A stretch of 64,000 nucleotides of DNA from an uncultured Methanosarcinaceae archaeon (lineage in GTDB: Archaea > Halobacteriota > Methanosarcinia > Methanosarcinales > Methanosarcinaceae). The notes beneath the pieces were generated by a model. The model was given only the letters and a program-made list of their open reading frames with translations. It was not told where the DNA came from and did no database searches. The DNA is taken from the NCBI GenBank assembly GCA_963733675.1, contig CAVTET010000003.1:604157-668156 (forward strand), given 5' to 3'. Positions 44,646-56,263 of this stretch are shown here, in pieces (the stretch's first letter is position 1; each line of letters starts with the position of its first letter). The position numbers and the translations under genes are program-made.

Positions 44646-45599
44646 GTTCTACCTCAGGATAAAAGTGAAGCAAATGCATGAAATTACTCGTAAAATAAAT
44701 TACACTTTTTTAAAAAAATGGTAGTTTTTAAAATACTTATTTTCCCATAGGTAATTCGAAATTTTATAACCATGGAATAAGGTGAAGAAACTATTTTTTT
44801 ATTTCTTTTTTCCGTTTTTCTATGGTTCAAATTTGTATTCAAGTTTAATAGAGAGATGTATATCTTCGACTATAAATCCATTTTTATAAGTTATTGAAGT
44901 GTAATTCTCACTATATGTCCTATAATGTTACTAATTAATATAATTTAAATATCATGTAATTTTAATTATATCCCCTCAAAATTCGGACGGAGCTAATCTT
45001 CAGAATACTAATTTTAAAACATGCAAGAAGATAATCCTAAATTTAATTATCATATTATATTCATCAGATCAACTCCGTTATAAATATAACTTTTTATAGA
45101 TATACCTTATTATCAGTAAGAAAGGTATTAAAGGATAAAATAAGAAAAAAATTTTCATACGCTTGCTGAAAAAGGGAGAATTTTTCCACAATAAAAGCTC
45201 CCGCCTTTTTATCCTTTATCTACTTTAAATAGACAACATTTCTTGAATTAAAAGTGAGTTTCTTGGGACAAGAGATTGAAGTATTTTCTAGCGTGGTATA
45301 TGATGACAAAATGTAAATATAAACTAAATTATTATTTTGAAAGAAAGAGATTTTAACCATAACAGCATAGTGATAGCTTATTGTCGATCTATAAGCTAAG
45401 ACTTCATCATGGAGAAAAAATAATAAGTTTTCCCTAAAAAGAATACATTTCAAAAAGGAAGCTGAAGTTCCTAGGTCAAATAAAACTGATTTTCGGATCT
45501 TTATACATAATAATATCTTTTTCGCAGGAAAAACCCTTGCATTGAAAGCTTTTTTTATCGATGCAGGGCTATGCCCCCTGAACGAGAGGAGGAAAAGCG

Positions 45600-46961
45600 A
45601 TGAAAATTTACGAATCATATGAAGATCTGCCCAAAATAAAGCTGCCTTGTGGAAACGAAGTATTCATAAGTGACAGCACTATTCGCGATGGTTCTCAGAT
45701 GCCGGGGATAGTCTTGAGCAGAGAACACAAGCTTCAAATCTATGAGTATTTGCATGAGATCGGGATTGAAAAACTCGAGGCTTTTGTGTTCAATCAAAGA
45801 GACATAGACGCTGTGGAACTCATGTTCAACATAGGTTACGAATCTCCAGAGATCACTGGTTGGGCTAGAGCTTCAAGGGAAGATATTAATAAAATTTTGG
45901 AGATCGATGGGCTTAAAGAAACAGGAATTCTGATGTCTGTATCAGATACACACATTTTTTCTAAGATGAGGCTCTCAGGCAGAAAAGAAGCCGAAGAGAA
46001 ATATTTGGATGCCCTACAGTATGCAGTAGATCATGGCCTTCGCACACGGGCACATTTAGAAGATATGACAAGAGCAGATAATTACGGTTTTGTATTCCCA
46101 CTGGTTAAAAATATTCTGGAAATCGACCCTGAGTGTATTATAAGAGTATGTGACACTGTCGGATATGGGATGCCCTTCATGAATATTGATGAACCTTATG
46201 GAATCCCGAAAATAGTCCAATACCTCAAAAATGATATAGGGGTTAGAAATATAGAAACCCATATACACGATGATTATGGATTCGGGTCAGCAAGCTCAAT
46301 TGCAGGCTTCTGGCATGGGGCCAACTGGACAAGCGTAACCTTTCTGGGGATCGGAGAACGCGCAGGTAATAGTGAGATGGAAAAAATTCTGCTTTTTCTG
46401 GTAGATAGGGTAGAAGGCTTTGAGCGATACAACCTTGAGCCGGTTACCCGTTTTGCAAGATTCATGGAGAAAGAACTTGGGCTGCGAGTTCCGAGAAATA
46501 AGGCAGTTGTCGGGAAGAACATTTTCGCCCACGAGTCTGGGATCCATGCCTCAGGTGTCCTCAAAAATCCCTTTAACTATGAACCATATCTTCCAGAGCT
46601 GGTAGGAGGGAAGCGATTCCTACTCATCGGAGATTCCTCAGGTCTAGAAATCATCCGTTATAAGGTTCAAGAGACCTTAAATGACCTTCTTGACGTTGAA
46701 GCTATCGTTGAAAAAGATGACCCTAGGCTCTTGAAAATCCAAAAAGAAATTCAGAAACTTTACGATAAAGAAGAGAGGGTTTCCTGCATTTCGGATGAAG
46801 AACTCCTCGCATACGTCGAAAAGTACTTCCTTTATCAGCCGATTTGCAATCCTGCATATCAAAGTAGAAGAATACTGAAAAATAAGGGAAAAATATCTGA
46901 GTTTGAAGAAGGAAAAAGTGATGAAAAAAAGATGTATAAAGGTAGGGCTGAGAACAATTAA
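45600..46961 (+). CDS. DRE-TIM metallolyase (homocitrate/isopropylmalate/Re-citrate synthase family)
   Basis: DSTIRDGSQ, HIHDDYG, GIGERAGN, FAHESGIH; GAGGAGG RBS. Confidence 0.88.
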   Translation: MKIYESYEDLPKIKLPCGNEVFISDSTIRDGSQMPGIVLSREHKLQIYEYLHEIGIEKLEAFVFNQRDIDAVELMFNIGYESPEITGWARASREDINKILEIDGLKETGILMSVSDTHIFSKMRLSGRKEAEEKYLDALQYAVDHGLRTRAHLEDMTRADNYGFVFPLVKNILEIDPECIIRVCDTVGYGMPFMNIDEPYGIPKIVQYLKNDIGVRNIETHIHDDYGFGSASSIAGFWHGANWTSVTFLGIGERAGNSEMEKILLFLVDRVEGFERYNLEPVTRFARFMEKELGLRVPRNKAVVGKNIFAHESGIHASGVLKNPFNYEPYLPELVGGKRFLLIGDSSGLEIIRYKVQETLNDLLDVEAIVEKDDPRLLKIQKEIQKLYDKEERVSCISDEELLAYVEKYFLYQPICNPAYQSRRILKNKGKISEFEEGKSDEKKMYKGRAENN

Positions 46962-47002
46962 AAATTTAGATCTTCCTCTTGCTTTCTTCCTTCAGCTTCT
47001 TT

Positions 47003-48031
47003 TTATTTGAGAATTTTTGCTGTATATTTTGCAATTTCATCAGCCATTTTACTGAGTTTTGAGCTACCTCCGAGATCATAAGTTATATACTTGCCTTCTG
47101 AAATTATGTGCTCTGTAGCTTTGAATATAGCTTCTGAATTCTCTTTTTCACCTAGATAATCAAGCATCCAGGCTCCTGCAAGCACAGTTGCAACAGGGTT
47201 GACTTTATCTTGGTCTGCATATTTTGGAGCTGAGCCGTGTGCCGGTTCAAACATTGCGAACGAGTCTCCTATATTTGCAGAATAGATAAGGCCAATACTG
47301 CCTACGAGGGCTGAGCACTCCTCGCTGATAATGTCCATGAAAAGATTTGTAGATAATAGGATCTTTTTGTTGAAGATTTGTGGATTCTTGATAAGTTGCT
47401 GAGCAATGTTGTCTACGTGATAGGGCCATATTTCGATTCCCTGGTAAGCCTGCTTGACCTTTTCTACCTCTTCCAAAAAAGTGCCACATGTCTGCTTTAG
47501 TATATTACTTTTATGGATGGGCACAACAGTGTCATAGCCTCTTTTCTTAGCTTCTTCGAATGCATAGATGGCAATCTTTCTGGATGCTGTGCGTGTTACC
47601 TTCCGGATTGCAATGGAGACGTCGTCTGTGAGTTGGATTTCCTCTCCTATATATAGCCCTTCTGTGCCCTCGCGCACACAGACCATTTCCACATCTCCTA
47701 GAGGTTTACTTGAGTTGGGAAAAGTCTTGATCGGCCTTACATTAGCATAGAGATTATACCTTCTCCTTATAGACACAGCAACACTTTTAGGGGAACCAAT
47801 CCATCCAGGAGTAGTTGTCGGGCCTTTGAAACATACATCTGAGCTTTCAAGGATCTCCCAGGTCTCATTTGGAATCAGCGAATTTCCTCCGTTTTTCTCC
47901 CACCATTCAGCTCCTGCATCACAAATAACAAATTCAATATCTGTGCCTGTGGCTTCTGCAACTTTAAGCATTGCGTCTACAAGTTCAGGGCCTGTACCAT
48001 CACCTTTAATTACTGCTGCTGTTTTAGTCAT
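47003..48031 (-). CDS. Isocitrate/isopropylmalate dehydrogenase family protein
   Basis: GDGTGPE, KGPTTTP, LYANVRP, HKSNIL, FEPAHGSAP, TYDLGG. Confidence 0.92.
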   Translation of the reverse strand: MTKTAAVIKGDGTGPELVDAMLKVAEATGTDIEFVICDAGAEWWEKNGGNSLIPNETWEILESSDVCFKGPTTTPGWIGSPKSVAVSIRRRYNLYANVRPIKTFPNSSKPLGDVEMVCVREGTEGLYIGEEIQLTDDVSIAIRKVTRTASRKIAIYAFEEAKKRGYDTVVPIHKSNILKQTCGTFLEEVEKVKQAYQGIEIWPYHVDNIAQQLIKNPQIFNKKILLSTNLFMDIISEECSALVGSIGLIYSANIGDSFAMFEPAHGSAPKYADQDKVNPVATVLAGAWMLDYLGEKENSEAIFKATEHIISEGKYITYDLGGSSKLSKMADEIAKYTAKILK

Positions 48032-48351
48032 ATTATCACCGATTTTGATGTTCGGTTCAAAGAAACGTAGCTACTGAAAAGCTAAGAGGGTTAACTTATC
48101 AAAAATATGATACATATTATTGAATCTTCTCGCTTATTCAACGTAAAACTCTATATTTCAAGCTTTGGGTACAATAATTAAACTGAAAAATAAAGCATGA
48201 GAAGTAAAACTCCATTTATGAATACTTATACACATTTATAAAAAAATAAAATCAATATCTTCGCCCTGAAATAATTAAAATCATAATTTTTTATAAAATT
48301 AATCTGACTTGTATTCAAGTTCTAAAACTTCAATTAATTTTGAGGGGTAGA

Positions 48352-49194
48352 ATGCTCGCAAAGATTTCCGTTACTGATAATCATATGCATATAGATTCTA
48401 GAGCCATGGGTCTTGAAGCAGTAAAAGAATTTCAGAACTCTGGTGGGACTCATATAATTCTAGTCACCAAACCCAGCTGGTCCCTAGGGGTAACGATCAA
48501 AAAACCTGAGGATTACGTTACTGTTTTTGACGAAACAATCGAAATTGGATCAAAGATCAAGAAGATGGGAGTTGAAGCTTTTCCCGTGCTTGGAGTTCAT
48601 CCCGCGGAAATTTCAAGGCTCATAGAGCACATGGAACTTCAAGAAGCTATGGAGATAATGAAGAAAGGACTAGAAATTGCTTCAGACTATGTGGAAAAAG
48701 GCCTTGCCGTAGGGATCAAGTCTGGGCGTCCTCATTATCCTGTGACTGCAGAAGTTTGGGCAACTTCGAATGAAATCATGGAGTATGCTTTTTCGCTTGG
48801 AAAAGAACAGGACTGTGCTGTTCAGCTTCATACAGAAAATGTAGGGAAACCTGAACTTCAGGACATAACTGAAAGGGCGAAAAGAGCAGGAATCAAATTG
48901 TATAGGGTAGTGAAACATTATTCCCCTCCTCTGATAAGTGTCTGTGAAGAATTGGGAATCTTTCCAGGGGTTATTTGTTTTAAGGGAGCTATTGAACAGG
49001 CACTTGAAGAAGGAACACGGTTTATGATGGAGACAGATTATATTGACGATCTTGATAGACCAGGAGCAGTACTTGGCCCGAGAACAATTCCCAAAAGAAC
49101 TATAAAGCTGATGGAAACATATGGTGAAGAGCCTTTTTGGATCGTACACAAAGATAACCCCGAGAAGGTATATAACATCGAAATTGAGGTTTAA
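48352..49194 (+). CDS. TatD-related amidohydrolase-fold metallohydrolase
   Basis: DNHMH, GVHP, GRPHYPV, QLHTE, ETDYIDD. Confidence 0.87.
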   Translation: MLAKISVTDNHMHIDSRAMGLEAVKEFQNSGGTHIILVTKPSWSLGVTIKKPEDYVTVFDETIEIGSKIKKMGVEAFPVLGVHPAEISRLIEHMELQEAMEIMKKGLEIASDYVEKGLAVGIKSGRPHYPVTAEVWATSNEIMEYAFSLGKEQDCAVQLHTENVGKPELQDITERAKRAGIKLYRVVKHYSPPLISVCEELGIFPGVICFKGAIEQALEEGTRFMMETDYIDDLDRPGAVLGPRTIPKRTIKLMETYGEEPFWIVHKDNPEKVYNIEIEV

Positions 49195-49592
49195 AAGGTG
49201 TGAAATATGTTAGAAAATCTGGAAAAAAATCAAAGAAAACATTTTATAGAATTAATGATCAATAGATGCACTTTTAATCATTAAAGGATAAAAAGAAACG
49301 GTTTAAAAGTAAGATCTTCAGGATTATGTCTGCATGTTACTGAAATAAAATGAGCATAAAAATCTAACTCGTTTTCCTTAAAGATAGGTGTTTTACTCGT
49401 TTTTTAGAATTGATTAATAATTAATGGATATGACTAGCGTGTAAATGGGGTAAAGAGCATAAGGTGATAAATATCTGAGAGAAAAAAACTCTTCAAATTT
49501 AACCCTAACTTGCTCTCGGAAGGAAAAATCAGCCAAAGATTAAGTATGGCTGCCTAATAAGAAATGCAGTTAAAATTTATTCTCCTTGAAAC

Positions 49593-50078
49593 TTACTTCC
49601 GCTTTATTGTTACAATATCGCCCAAGGTAGTGTCTTTCTTTGTATGGGAGACTTCCGGCCCGGTTGCATCTACACGTTCGGTAATTTTAATTTTAAGAGC
49701 ATGTTCCAGCTTCTTTATAACTGAATCTTCGGGTATGATCTCACCGCGCTCTATCTTCTTGATCAGGGATGCTTTTTCCTTTAAATTTTCAGCTAGGTCT
49801 TCCTGAGACCAACCTTTTGCTTCTCTGGAATCCCGGATGATCTGAACATAGTTCTCCAGGAGCTCATTTCTCAAAATGTCAAAAAAGTCCTTATTCTGGC
49901 TCTTGTCAGTCCTTGTTACTGTACGAGCTATCGGAGAGACTTTTCTTGATACTGGAATTCGTTTCTCTACAGGTTTACCATACGGAGCACATTTTTGGCA
50001 GACTTGGAGTTCGCTGTTATCAATTGTTATACATAATGGCTTCTCGCGGATCTCTGCACCGCATATTTCGCACTGCAT
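49593..50078 (-). CDS. Archaeal multiprotein bridging factor aMBF1
   Basis: MQCEICG..CQKC Zn ribbon, Cro-type HTH, TLGD C-terminal motif. Confidence 0.93.
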   Translation of the reverse strand: MQCEICGAEIREKPLCITIDNSELQVCQKCAPYGKPVEKRIPVSRKVSPIARTVTRTDKSQNKDFFDILRNELLENYVQIIRDSREAKGWSQEDLAENLKEKASLIKKIERGEIIPEDSVIKKLEHALKIKITERVDATGPEVSHTKKDTTLGDIVTIKRK

Positions 50079-50168
50079 TTTGATCACTTCGAAAACGCTA
50101 TATACAGTATGAACTTAAATAATATTCGGAGCTCCATGACTGAAAGTACCAAGAGTAAGGATGAAAGT

Positions 50169-51434
50169 ATGCGCAGTCACCTTGTTAAGTCCGGATCTGA
50201 GTATAATGGAATTGTACCTGGAGAGCGGGGGGAAGTAGCTGAAAGTATCCAGGATAGAGTGAGGCAACTTGAAAGCCGCAACAATTTTCTGGAAGAGCAA
50301 TGCAGCCAGATAGAGTCCGAAAAACGTTATTTGGAAAATCAAAAGATTAAATATGAGAGGGAAATACGAAAGCTGCAATCTGAGCTCGATCGAATGAAGA
50401 CCTCTCCGCTTATTATTGGTACTGTCATTGATGTGATTAAGAATGATAGGATAATCGTACGGAGCAGCAATGGACCTCAGTTTTTGGTTAATGTCTCACA
50501 ATATATCGACGAGAAAAAACTATTACCTGGGGCAAAGGTTGCTTTAAATCAACATACACTTGCTATTGCCGAGGTTATTCCTTCCGCTGAAGAGCCTTTT
50601 GTTGCTGCAATGGAAGTCCTCGAAAGTGTAGAGGTGGACTATGAACAGATAGGAGGTCTCGATGAACAAATACAGGAACTTCAGGAAGCAGTTGAACTTC
50701 CTCTCATCGAACCGGAACGTTTTGCTCGCATAGGGATCGAGCCTCCGAAGGGAGTTCTTTTGTATGGGCTTCCGGGGACAGGCAAAACTTTGCTTGCAAA
50801 AGCTGTGGCTCACAGGACAAATGCGACTTTTATCAGGGTTGTAGGCTCTGAACTCGTACAGAAATATATTGGGGATGGTTCTAAACTTGTGAGGGAAATC
50901 TTCGAGATGGCTCGTAAAAAAGCTCCAAGTATTATCTTCATCGATGAGCTAGACTCAATTGCAGCAAGGCGTTTGAATGAAACCACGGGTGCAGACCGTG
51001 AGGTTCAGAGAACACTTATGCAGCTTCTTGCAGAGATGGATGGCTTTGACAAAAGGAAAAATATCCGAATCATTGCAGCAACAAACCGCCCGGATGTTCT
51101 TGACCCTGCAATTCTAAGGCCAGGTCGTTTTGATAGGATTGTCTATGTTCCGATGCCAGGTATAGAAGCCAGAGGAAAGATTCTTGCGATTCACTGCGAA
51201 AGGATGACCCTTGCAGGAGATATTGATTTTAAGAAGCTTGCAAAAATCACCGAAGGGTTGAGTGGGGCAGACCTCAAAGCAATTGCCACTGAAGCAGGCA
51301 TGTTTGCAGTCAGGAAAAACAAGGAACTTATTGAGATGGAAGATTTTCTTGAAGCAGTAGGTAAGGTATCAATAGCTGTAGATACGCAGAAGATGATGCC
51401 GACTGTAAATCTCCCTGAAACTATGTTTGTGTGA
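50169..51434 (+). CDS. pan: Proteasome-activating nucleotidase
   Basis: N-terminal coiled coil, [21 protein letters not shown], terminal HbYX-like MFV; start could be 50136. Confidence 0.95.
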   Translation: MRSHLVKSGSEYNGIVPGERGEVAESIQDRVRQLESRNNFLEEQCSQIESEKRYLENQKIKYEREIRKLQSELDRMKTSPLIIGTVIDVIKNDRIIVRSSNGPQFLVNVSQYIDEKKLLPGAKVALNQHTLAIAEVIPSAEEPFVAAMEVLESVEVDYEQIGGLDEQIQELQEAVELPLIEPERFARIGIEPPKGVLLYGLPGTGKTLLAKAVAHRTNATFIRVVGSELVQKYIGDGSKLVREIFEMARKKAPSIIFIDELDSIAARRLNETTGADREVQRTLMQLLAEMDGFDKRKNIRIIAATNRPDVLDPAILRPGRFDRIVYVPMPGIEARGKILAIHCERMTLAGDIDFKKLAKITEGLSGADLKAIATEAGMFAVRKNKELIEMEDFLEAVGKVSIAVDTQKMMPTVNLPETMFV

Positions 51435-51489
51435 ACGGGAAACAAGCTGCAGAAGTCCCTCAAGGATCTTCTTCCCAATAAATAATTAT

Positions 51490-51579
51490 GGAGGATTTCA
51501 ATAAACCTCTGATTTACATGAATCAATTATATGTATTTTATAAGCATAGGATGATATTTATGGGTTTATCAATATACTT
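51490..51579. repeat. ~90-bp MITE-like repeat, copy E
   Basis: GGAGGATTTCAATAAACCTCTGATTT...TTATAAGCA...GGGTTTATCAATA. Confidence 0.7.
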
Positions 51580-51667
51580 TATGGTTTATGCGATATAATC
51601 CCTCAAAAACAACAATTTCCTCAAAAATTGGCAAACTATTTTTGCAATATGCGTGTAAATAACACTT

Positions 51668-52258
51668 GTGAGTTCATATTTTCATATTAAACGCGAGATC
51701 CGAATTTTGGGTATAGATGACTCTGCTCTTCTAAATGAAAAAGTGATGGTGATTGGGACTGTTTATCGGGGGGGGGACTGGATGGATGGAGTCCTTCGTT
51801 CGTATATTACCAAGGATGGACTTGATGCTACAGCAGTAATATGTAGGATGGTACTAAATAGTAAACATTATAGCCAGATAAGAGTGATTATGCTCGATGG
51901 AATCACATATGCAGGTTTTAATGTTATTGATGTAGAGAAGCTTTACAGAGAAACCGGAATTCCTTTAATTGTGTTTATGCGTTCATATCCAAATTTTGAG
52001 AAACTCAAATCTGCCCTCAAACATTTCCCTGATGGTGAAAAACGCTGGAAAATAATAGAAAAAGCCGGGGAAATATATAACATAGCTGGTGAGAAAGAAA
52101 GATCTTCCATATACATTCAAAAAATAGGCGTAAGCTTGGAAAATGTGGGTAAGATAATTCGGCTCTCTTCGACAAGAGGTAATATTCCTGAGCCTTTGAG
52201 AGTTGCCCATTTAATTGCAACAGGCATTATCTTGGGTGAATCCAGAGGAAAAGCTTAA
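51668..52258 (+). CDS. DUF99 family protein (endonuclease V-like)
   Basis: ILGIDD, DGLDAT, MLDGITYAGFNV, PEPLRVAHLIA. Confidence 0.88.
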   Translation: MSSYFHIKREIRILGIDDSALLNEKVMVIGTVYRGGDWMDGVLRSYITKDGLDATAVICRMVLNSKHYSQIRVIMLDGITYAGFNVIDVEKLYRETGIPLIVFMRSYPNFEKLKSALKHFPDGEKRWKIIEKAGEIYNIAGEKERSSIYIQKIGVSLENVGKIIRLSSTRGNIPEPLRVAHLIATGIILGESRGKA

Positions 52259-52707
52259 TTGCTTATATAATTCTTCAGGAAATATATGAGAATGATCTAA
52301 AAATGGGGATATGAATAATATTCAAATGTGAATATTAAAGTTTAGTCTTGATCGGGAAAATGCAGATAAGATAAATTTTGAAAAAAGGGAAAAGTAAAAA
52401 TACAGGAACGGCTTCAGAAATACAAAAATAAAAAAATGAAAATTTTAAGTGATAAAACTAAAGAATATTTGGAACAAAGAAAAAAACGGCTCTAGAAACT
52501 GTAAAGAGCAAAAACTTTATGTCAAGTAGATAAATAGGGAACGTTAATAAATGATTAAGCAAAATATTATGAAGTTAAAAACTGGCAAAGGAAAACTATT
52601 AAATTGGAAACCGTATATGTGATGGATAAAAATGAAGAGAATTTCGATAAATTCATTACTTCAGTCATATGCATAGAAATTGTGCACAAATGGCTCGTGA
52701 GAATCAG

Positions 52708-52798
52708 AGCGGATTTCGAGAAACCCCAATTTTTGGCTGGTTGCTTATAAGGCCTATATAAGCATTTTGTTAAAATTGGAGGTTTATAGAAACTCTCC
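52708..52798. repeat. ~90-bp MITE-like repeat, copy F
   Basis: AGCGGATTTCGAGAAACC ... GGAGGTTTATAGAAACTCTC. Confidence 0.65.
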
Positions 52799-52904
52799 TG
52801 AGGCTTATCGTCAATTCTCTAAACATATTCATTCTTAGAATGAAGTTGTTCTTTCCAATACTATTCGTTTAATATTACCCCTTATAATGGAGGAAAACAG
52901 TAGC

Positions 52905-54029
52905 ATGAAATCCATTGTGGAAGAAGCTCTTGCTCGATCTGCCCTGGAAGGTCGCGCACGGCAGGGAGAGTACTTAGACTCAGATTATTCTAATTCAGAC
53001 TTAGATACGGATGCTGAACTTGAAGAGATTCTTAGAAGCCTTAAAACAACCATTAAAGTGGTAGGTTGTGGAGGAGGCGGCTCAAACAGCATCCAGCGTA
53101 TGATGGGCGAAGGAATCCAGGGGGCAGACCTCATCGCCATAAATACTGATGCACAGCATCTTCTTCATATACGCTCCGGGAAAAAAATTCTTATAGGGAG
53201 AAAGAAAACCCGTGGACTTGGAGCAGGAAGCCTTCCCCAGATCGGAGAGGACGCTGCAATAGAGAGTATTGATGAAATTAACAAGCTTTTTGACGGCGCG
53301 GATATGGTTTTCATTACTGCAGGTCTTGGGGGGGGGACCGGGACTGGATCTGCACCGGTAGTAGCTGAAGCTGCAAGGGACGCTGGAGCCCTTACGATCG
53401 CAGTAGTAACCCTCCCATTCAGTGTGGAAGGTCATGTTCGGAGGACCAATGCAGAAGCTGGCTTGGAACGCCTGAGAGATGTTGCTGACACGGTTATAGT
53501 GGTCCCTAATGATAAGTTAATTGAAGTAGTTCCAAGACTTCCGCTTCAGGCTGCTTTCAAAGTCTCAGATGAAGTTCTTATGAGAGCTGTAAAAGGCATA
53601 ACCGAATTGATAACAAAACCTGGGCTCGTAAACCTTGATTTCGCAGATATTAGAACTGTTATGCAAAATGGAGGTGTTGCAATGATCGGTCTCGGAGAAG
53701 CAGAAGGTGATAATAAAGCTGTCGAGTCCGTACAGAAAGCTCTGCGGAGTCCGCTCCTTGACGTAGACATTTCAGGTGCGACCTCTGCTCTGGTTAACGT
53801 TGTCGGAGGACCTGACATGACAATTTCGGAAGCTGAAAGTGTTGTTCAGGAAGTTTACAGCCGGATAGACAAAAATGCTCGACTGATCTGGGGTGCCCAG
53901 ATTGATCCTGATCTCGAACAAACTGTCCGTACGATGATCGTAGTCACAGGAGTAACATCCGCCCAGATTTATGGTCATGGAAGTGACAAAAATATTACAT
54001 TTAGATATGGAATTGATTTTGTAGAGTGA
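52905..54029 (+). CDS. ftsZ: Cell division protein FtsZ
   Basis: [23 protein letters not shown]; GGAGG RBS before MKSIV. Confidence 0.97.
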   Translation: MKSIVEEALARSALEGRARQGEYLDSDYSNSDLDTDAELEEILRSLKTTIKVVGCGGGGSNSIQRMMGEGIQGADLIAINTDAQHLLHIRSGKKILIGRKKTRGLGAGSLPQIGEDAAIESIDEINKLFDGADMVFITAGLGGGTGTGSAPVVAEAARDAGALTIAVVTLPFSVEGHVRRTNAEAGLERLRDVADTVIVVPNDKLIEVVPRLPLQAAFKVSDEVLMRAVKGITELITKPGLVNLDFADIRTVMQNGGVAMIGLGEAEGDNKAVESVQKALRSPLLDVDISGATSALVNVVGGPDMTISEAESVVQEVYSRIDKNARLIWGAQIDPDLEQTVRTMIVVTGVTSAQIYGHGSDKNITFRYGIDFVE

Positions 54030-54522
54030 TTAAACCAAAGAAAAATAGGATTAAAATATTCGATTGGAAAAAAATGCTGTTTTCCTTTATTAAGTAAGGA
54101 AGTATGATATTTTTTAATATTTTCTTGAAGTTACACTATAAATTGAATACAATCGATTCAAAACTCGGTAAATCATAACAAGTCTAAAGAGAAAGGGATA
54201 GGAATCTATATCCAATCGAAAATATTTTTATGGCAAATGCTTTATGTTGTCGATAAAATTGGGTATTGAAAACGAGAAATTTATGTTGACACGATTTGAA
54301 GTATTGTGAATAAAAATAATCCGAAATCTAAATTTCTGATTCATGTTTATCCGTATAAGTGATATCTTCATATAATAGGAATCAATAATATAACCCGCTT
54401 GGTACTTCCTAAAAGATAACACAATACATCTTGAGCGTAAAAAAAGAATTATGAAGCATATAGGATGAACTATGAACGAAAAACTCGAGATCAAATAATC
54501 TAAATACCTGGATGTGAATTTA

Positions 54523-54756
54523 TTGGTAGAATCTCCGTTTAAATGGAATATAACTGCAGAAAGTATTGGTCAGACTGCAGAAAGTATTGGTCAGATTATC
54601 CGGGCACACATTAGAGTCCTGAAGCTTACAAAAAAACCGTCCAGGGAAGAGTTCTTGACCATTGCCAAAGTTGCAGGTATTGGTATTCTGGCTGTGGGAG
54701 CAATAGGATTTATTATATATGTATTGTTGACGATGTTGCCCAAGTGGGTGGCCTAA
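54523..54756 (+). CDS. secE: Protein translocase subunit SecE/Sec61-gamma
   Basis: [14 protein letters not shown] plus one TM; ftsZ-secE-spt5 synteny; start 54514 or 54523. Confidence 0.92.
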   Translation: MVESPFKWNITAESIGQTAESIGQIIRAHIRVLKLTKKPSREEFLTIAKVAGIGILAVGAIGFIIYVLLTMLPKWVA

Positions 54757-55214
54757 TGAATGAAGATTCCCAGATATTTGTAATCAAAACCACAGCAAAC
54801 CAGGAAAGATCAGTTGCAACGGCCCTTGCCAAAATTTCAAAGAAGGAGAAACTGGATATAAGAGCAATTCTGGCTCCTGACGAGCTAAAAGGATATGTGC
54901 TTGTAGAGGCTCCCATATCTGGAATCGTGGAACTAGCAATCCAGACTATACCCCATGCTAGGGCTATTGTGAAAGGAAGTTCTACAGTTGCTGAAATTGA
55001 GCATTTCCTTAAGCCTAAACCAACAGTAACTGGTATCAAGGAGGGGGCTATTATTGAGGTTACTTCAGGACCTTTTAAGGGGGAGAAAGCTAGAGTTAAA
55101 AGAGTTGATGAAGGCCATGAGGAAATTACTGTAGAGCTGTTCGATGCTGTGGTCCCAATCCCTATCACCATCCGTGGCGATACTGTCCGGGTACTCAAAA
55201 GAGAACATGAGTGA
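54756..55214 (+). CDS. spt5: Transcription elongation factor Spt5/NusG
   Basis: KTTANQE, KGYVLVE, KOW motif [10 protein letters not shown]. Confidence 0.95.
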   Translation: MNEDSQIFVIKTTANQERSVATALAKISKKEKLDIRAILAPDELKGYVLVEAPISGIVELAIQTIPHARAIVKGSSTVAEIEHFLKPKPTVTGIKEGAIIEVTSGPFKGEKARVKRVDEGHEEITVELFDAVVPIPITIRGDTVRVLKREHE

Positions 55215-55536
55215 GCTAGTTATCTAGTAGAAAAAGAACGAAAAATTAAAAAGAAAAATTTCAGCTTATCAATGAATAGAATTACCAGTAATTCTCTAAT
55301 TTGATAGATTTTACTCATTAATGCAGCTTTTCTTACTAAAAAAGGTTCTTATGGCGTAGAATAAGTCTACAAAATAACAAATGTCAAAGAACGTAATGCA
55401 TATCTATGAATTGTATGAAGAGAACAAATGCATGAAGCTCATTTGTTGATTTTGATATTTATGATTCCATTAAATCCGGGATACGGATTGAAAAAGACGC
55501 TCAAACTTTATATTTATTAAAATCGGTGAAACTCAT

Positions 55537-56022
55537 ATGACAAGTATTGTTGAAGCACTTGTCCCGGGAGGAAAAGCGAATCCAGGACCACCTTTAGGTC
55601 CTGCTCTTGGTCCACTCGGGGTCAATATAAAAGAAGTGGTCGAAAAGATCAATGAAAAAACCAGGAACTATAATGGAATGCAGGTTCCTATAAAAGTAAT
55701 TGTTGATGACAAGAAAAATGTCGAAATCGAAGTAGGTATACCTCCTACTGCATCCTTGATCATGAAAGAGTTAGGAATTCAGAAAGGGTCAGGAAATGCG
55801 GGAAGTGAAATTGTTGGAAACCTTAGTATACCGCAGGTCGTAAAAATCGCCAGTATGAAAAAGGAAGATGTACTTTCTTATGATCTTAAATCAGCAATGA
55901 AAGAGGTAATGGGTACCTGTGTCCCGATGGGTGTGACTGTAGAGGGGTCCAAGGCCAAGGACTCACAGAAGGAACTCGAAAGTGGCAAGTTCGATGATTT
56001 ACTTGTCGGTGAGGAATGGTAA
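55537..56022 (+). CDS. rpl11: 50S ribosomal protein L11
   Basis: GGKANPGPPLGPALGPLG. Confidence 0.97.
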   Translation: MTSIVEALVPGGKANPGPPLGPALGPLGVNIKEVVEKINEKTRNYNGMQVPIKVIVDDKKNVEIEVGIPPTASLIMKELGIQKGSGNAGSEIVGNLSIPQVVKIASMKKEDVLSYDLKSAMKEVMGTCVPMGVTVEGSKAKDSQKELESGKFDDLLVGEEW

Positions 56023-56203
56023 GCCTACAAAACCATTTAAACTTTGATCCGTAGTTTCGTCACGTACCAATAGTTTTAAATCGAATACCACTAATAGCTC
56101 CAGAAATCTGAATACGGTTCTATTGAAACAAATTATAAATATTGATTATCGGTTTAATGTTTCAAGTGTGACAGATCCGGATTCTCTATAAGCCCAAAAC
56201 CAA

Positions 56204-56252
56204 CTGTAGTAAGCTTCTAGGGCTGCTTGAACAACGAGTTCAAATACTACAG
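56204..56252 (+). promoter_or_regulatory. Candidate structured r-protein mRNA leader upstream of rpl1
   Basis: Perfect stem CTGTAGTA/TACTACAG enclosing a TTGAAC/GTTCAA hairpin, adjoining the GGGAGG RBS. Confidence 0.5.
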
Positions 56253-56263
56253 GGAGGAACGAG

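Noticed and set aside
44646-45599. Cobalamin riboswitch upstream of cbiT, and ORF 45220-45618
   Set aside because: No B12-box recognised; the ORF is AT-rich and motif-free, likely spurious
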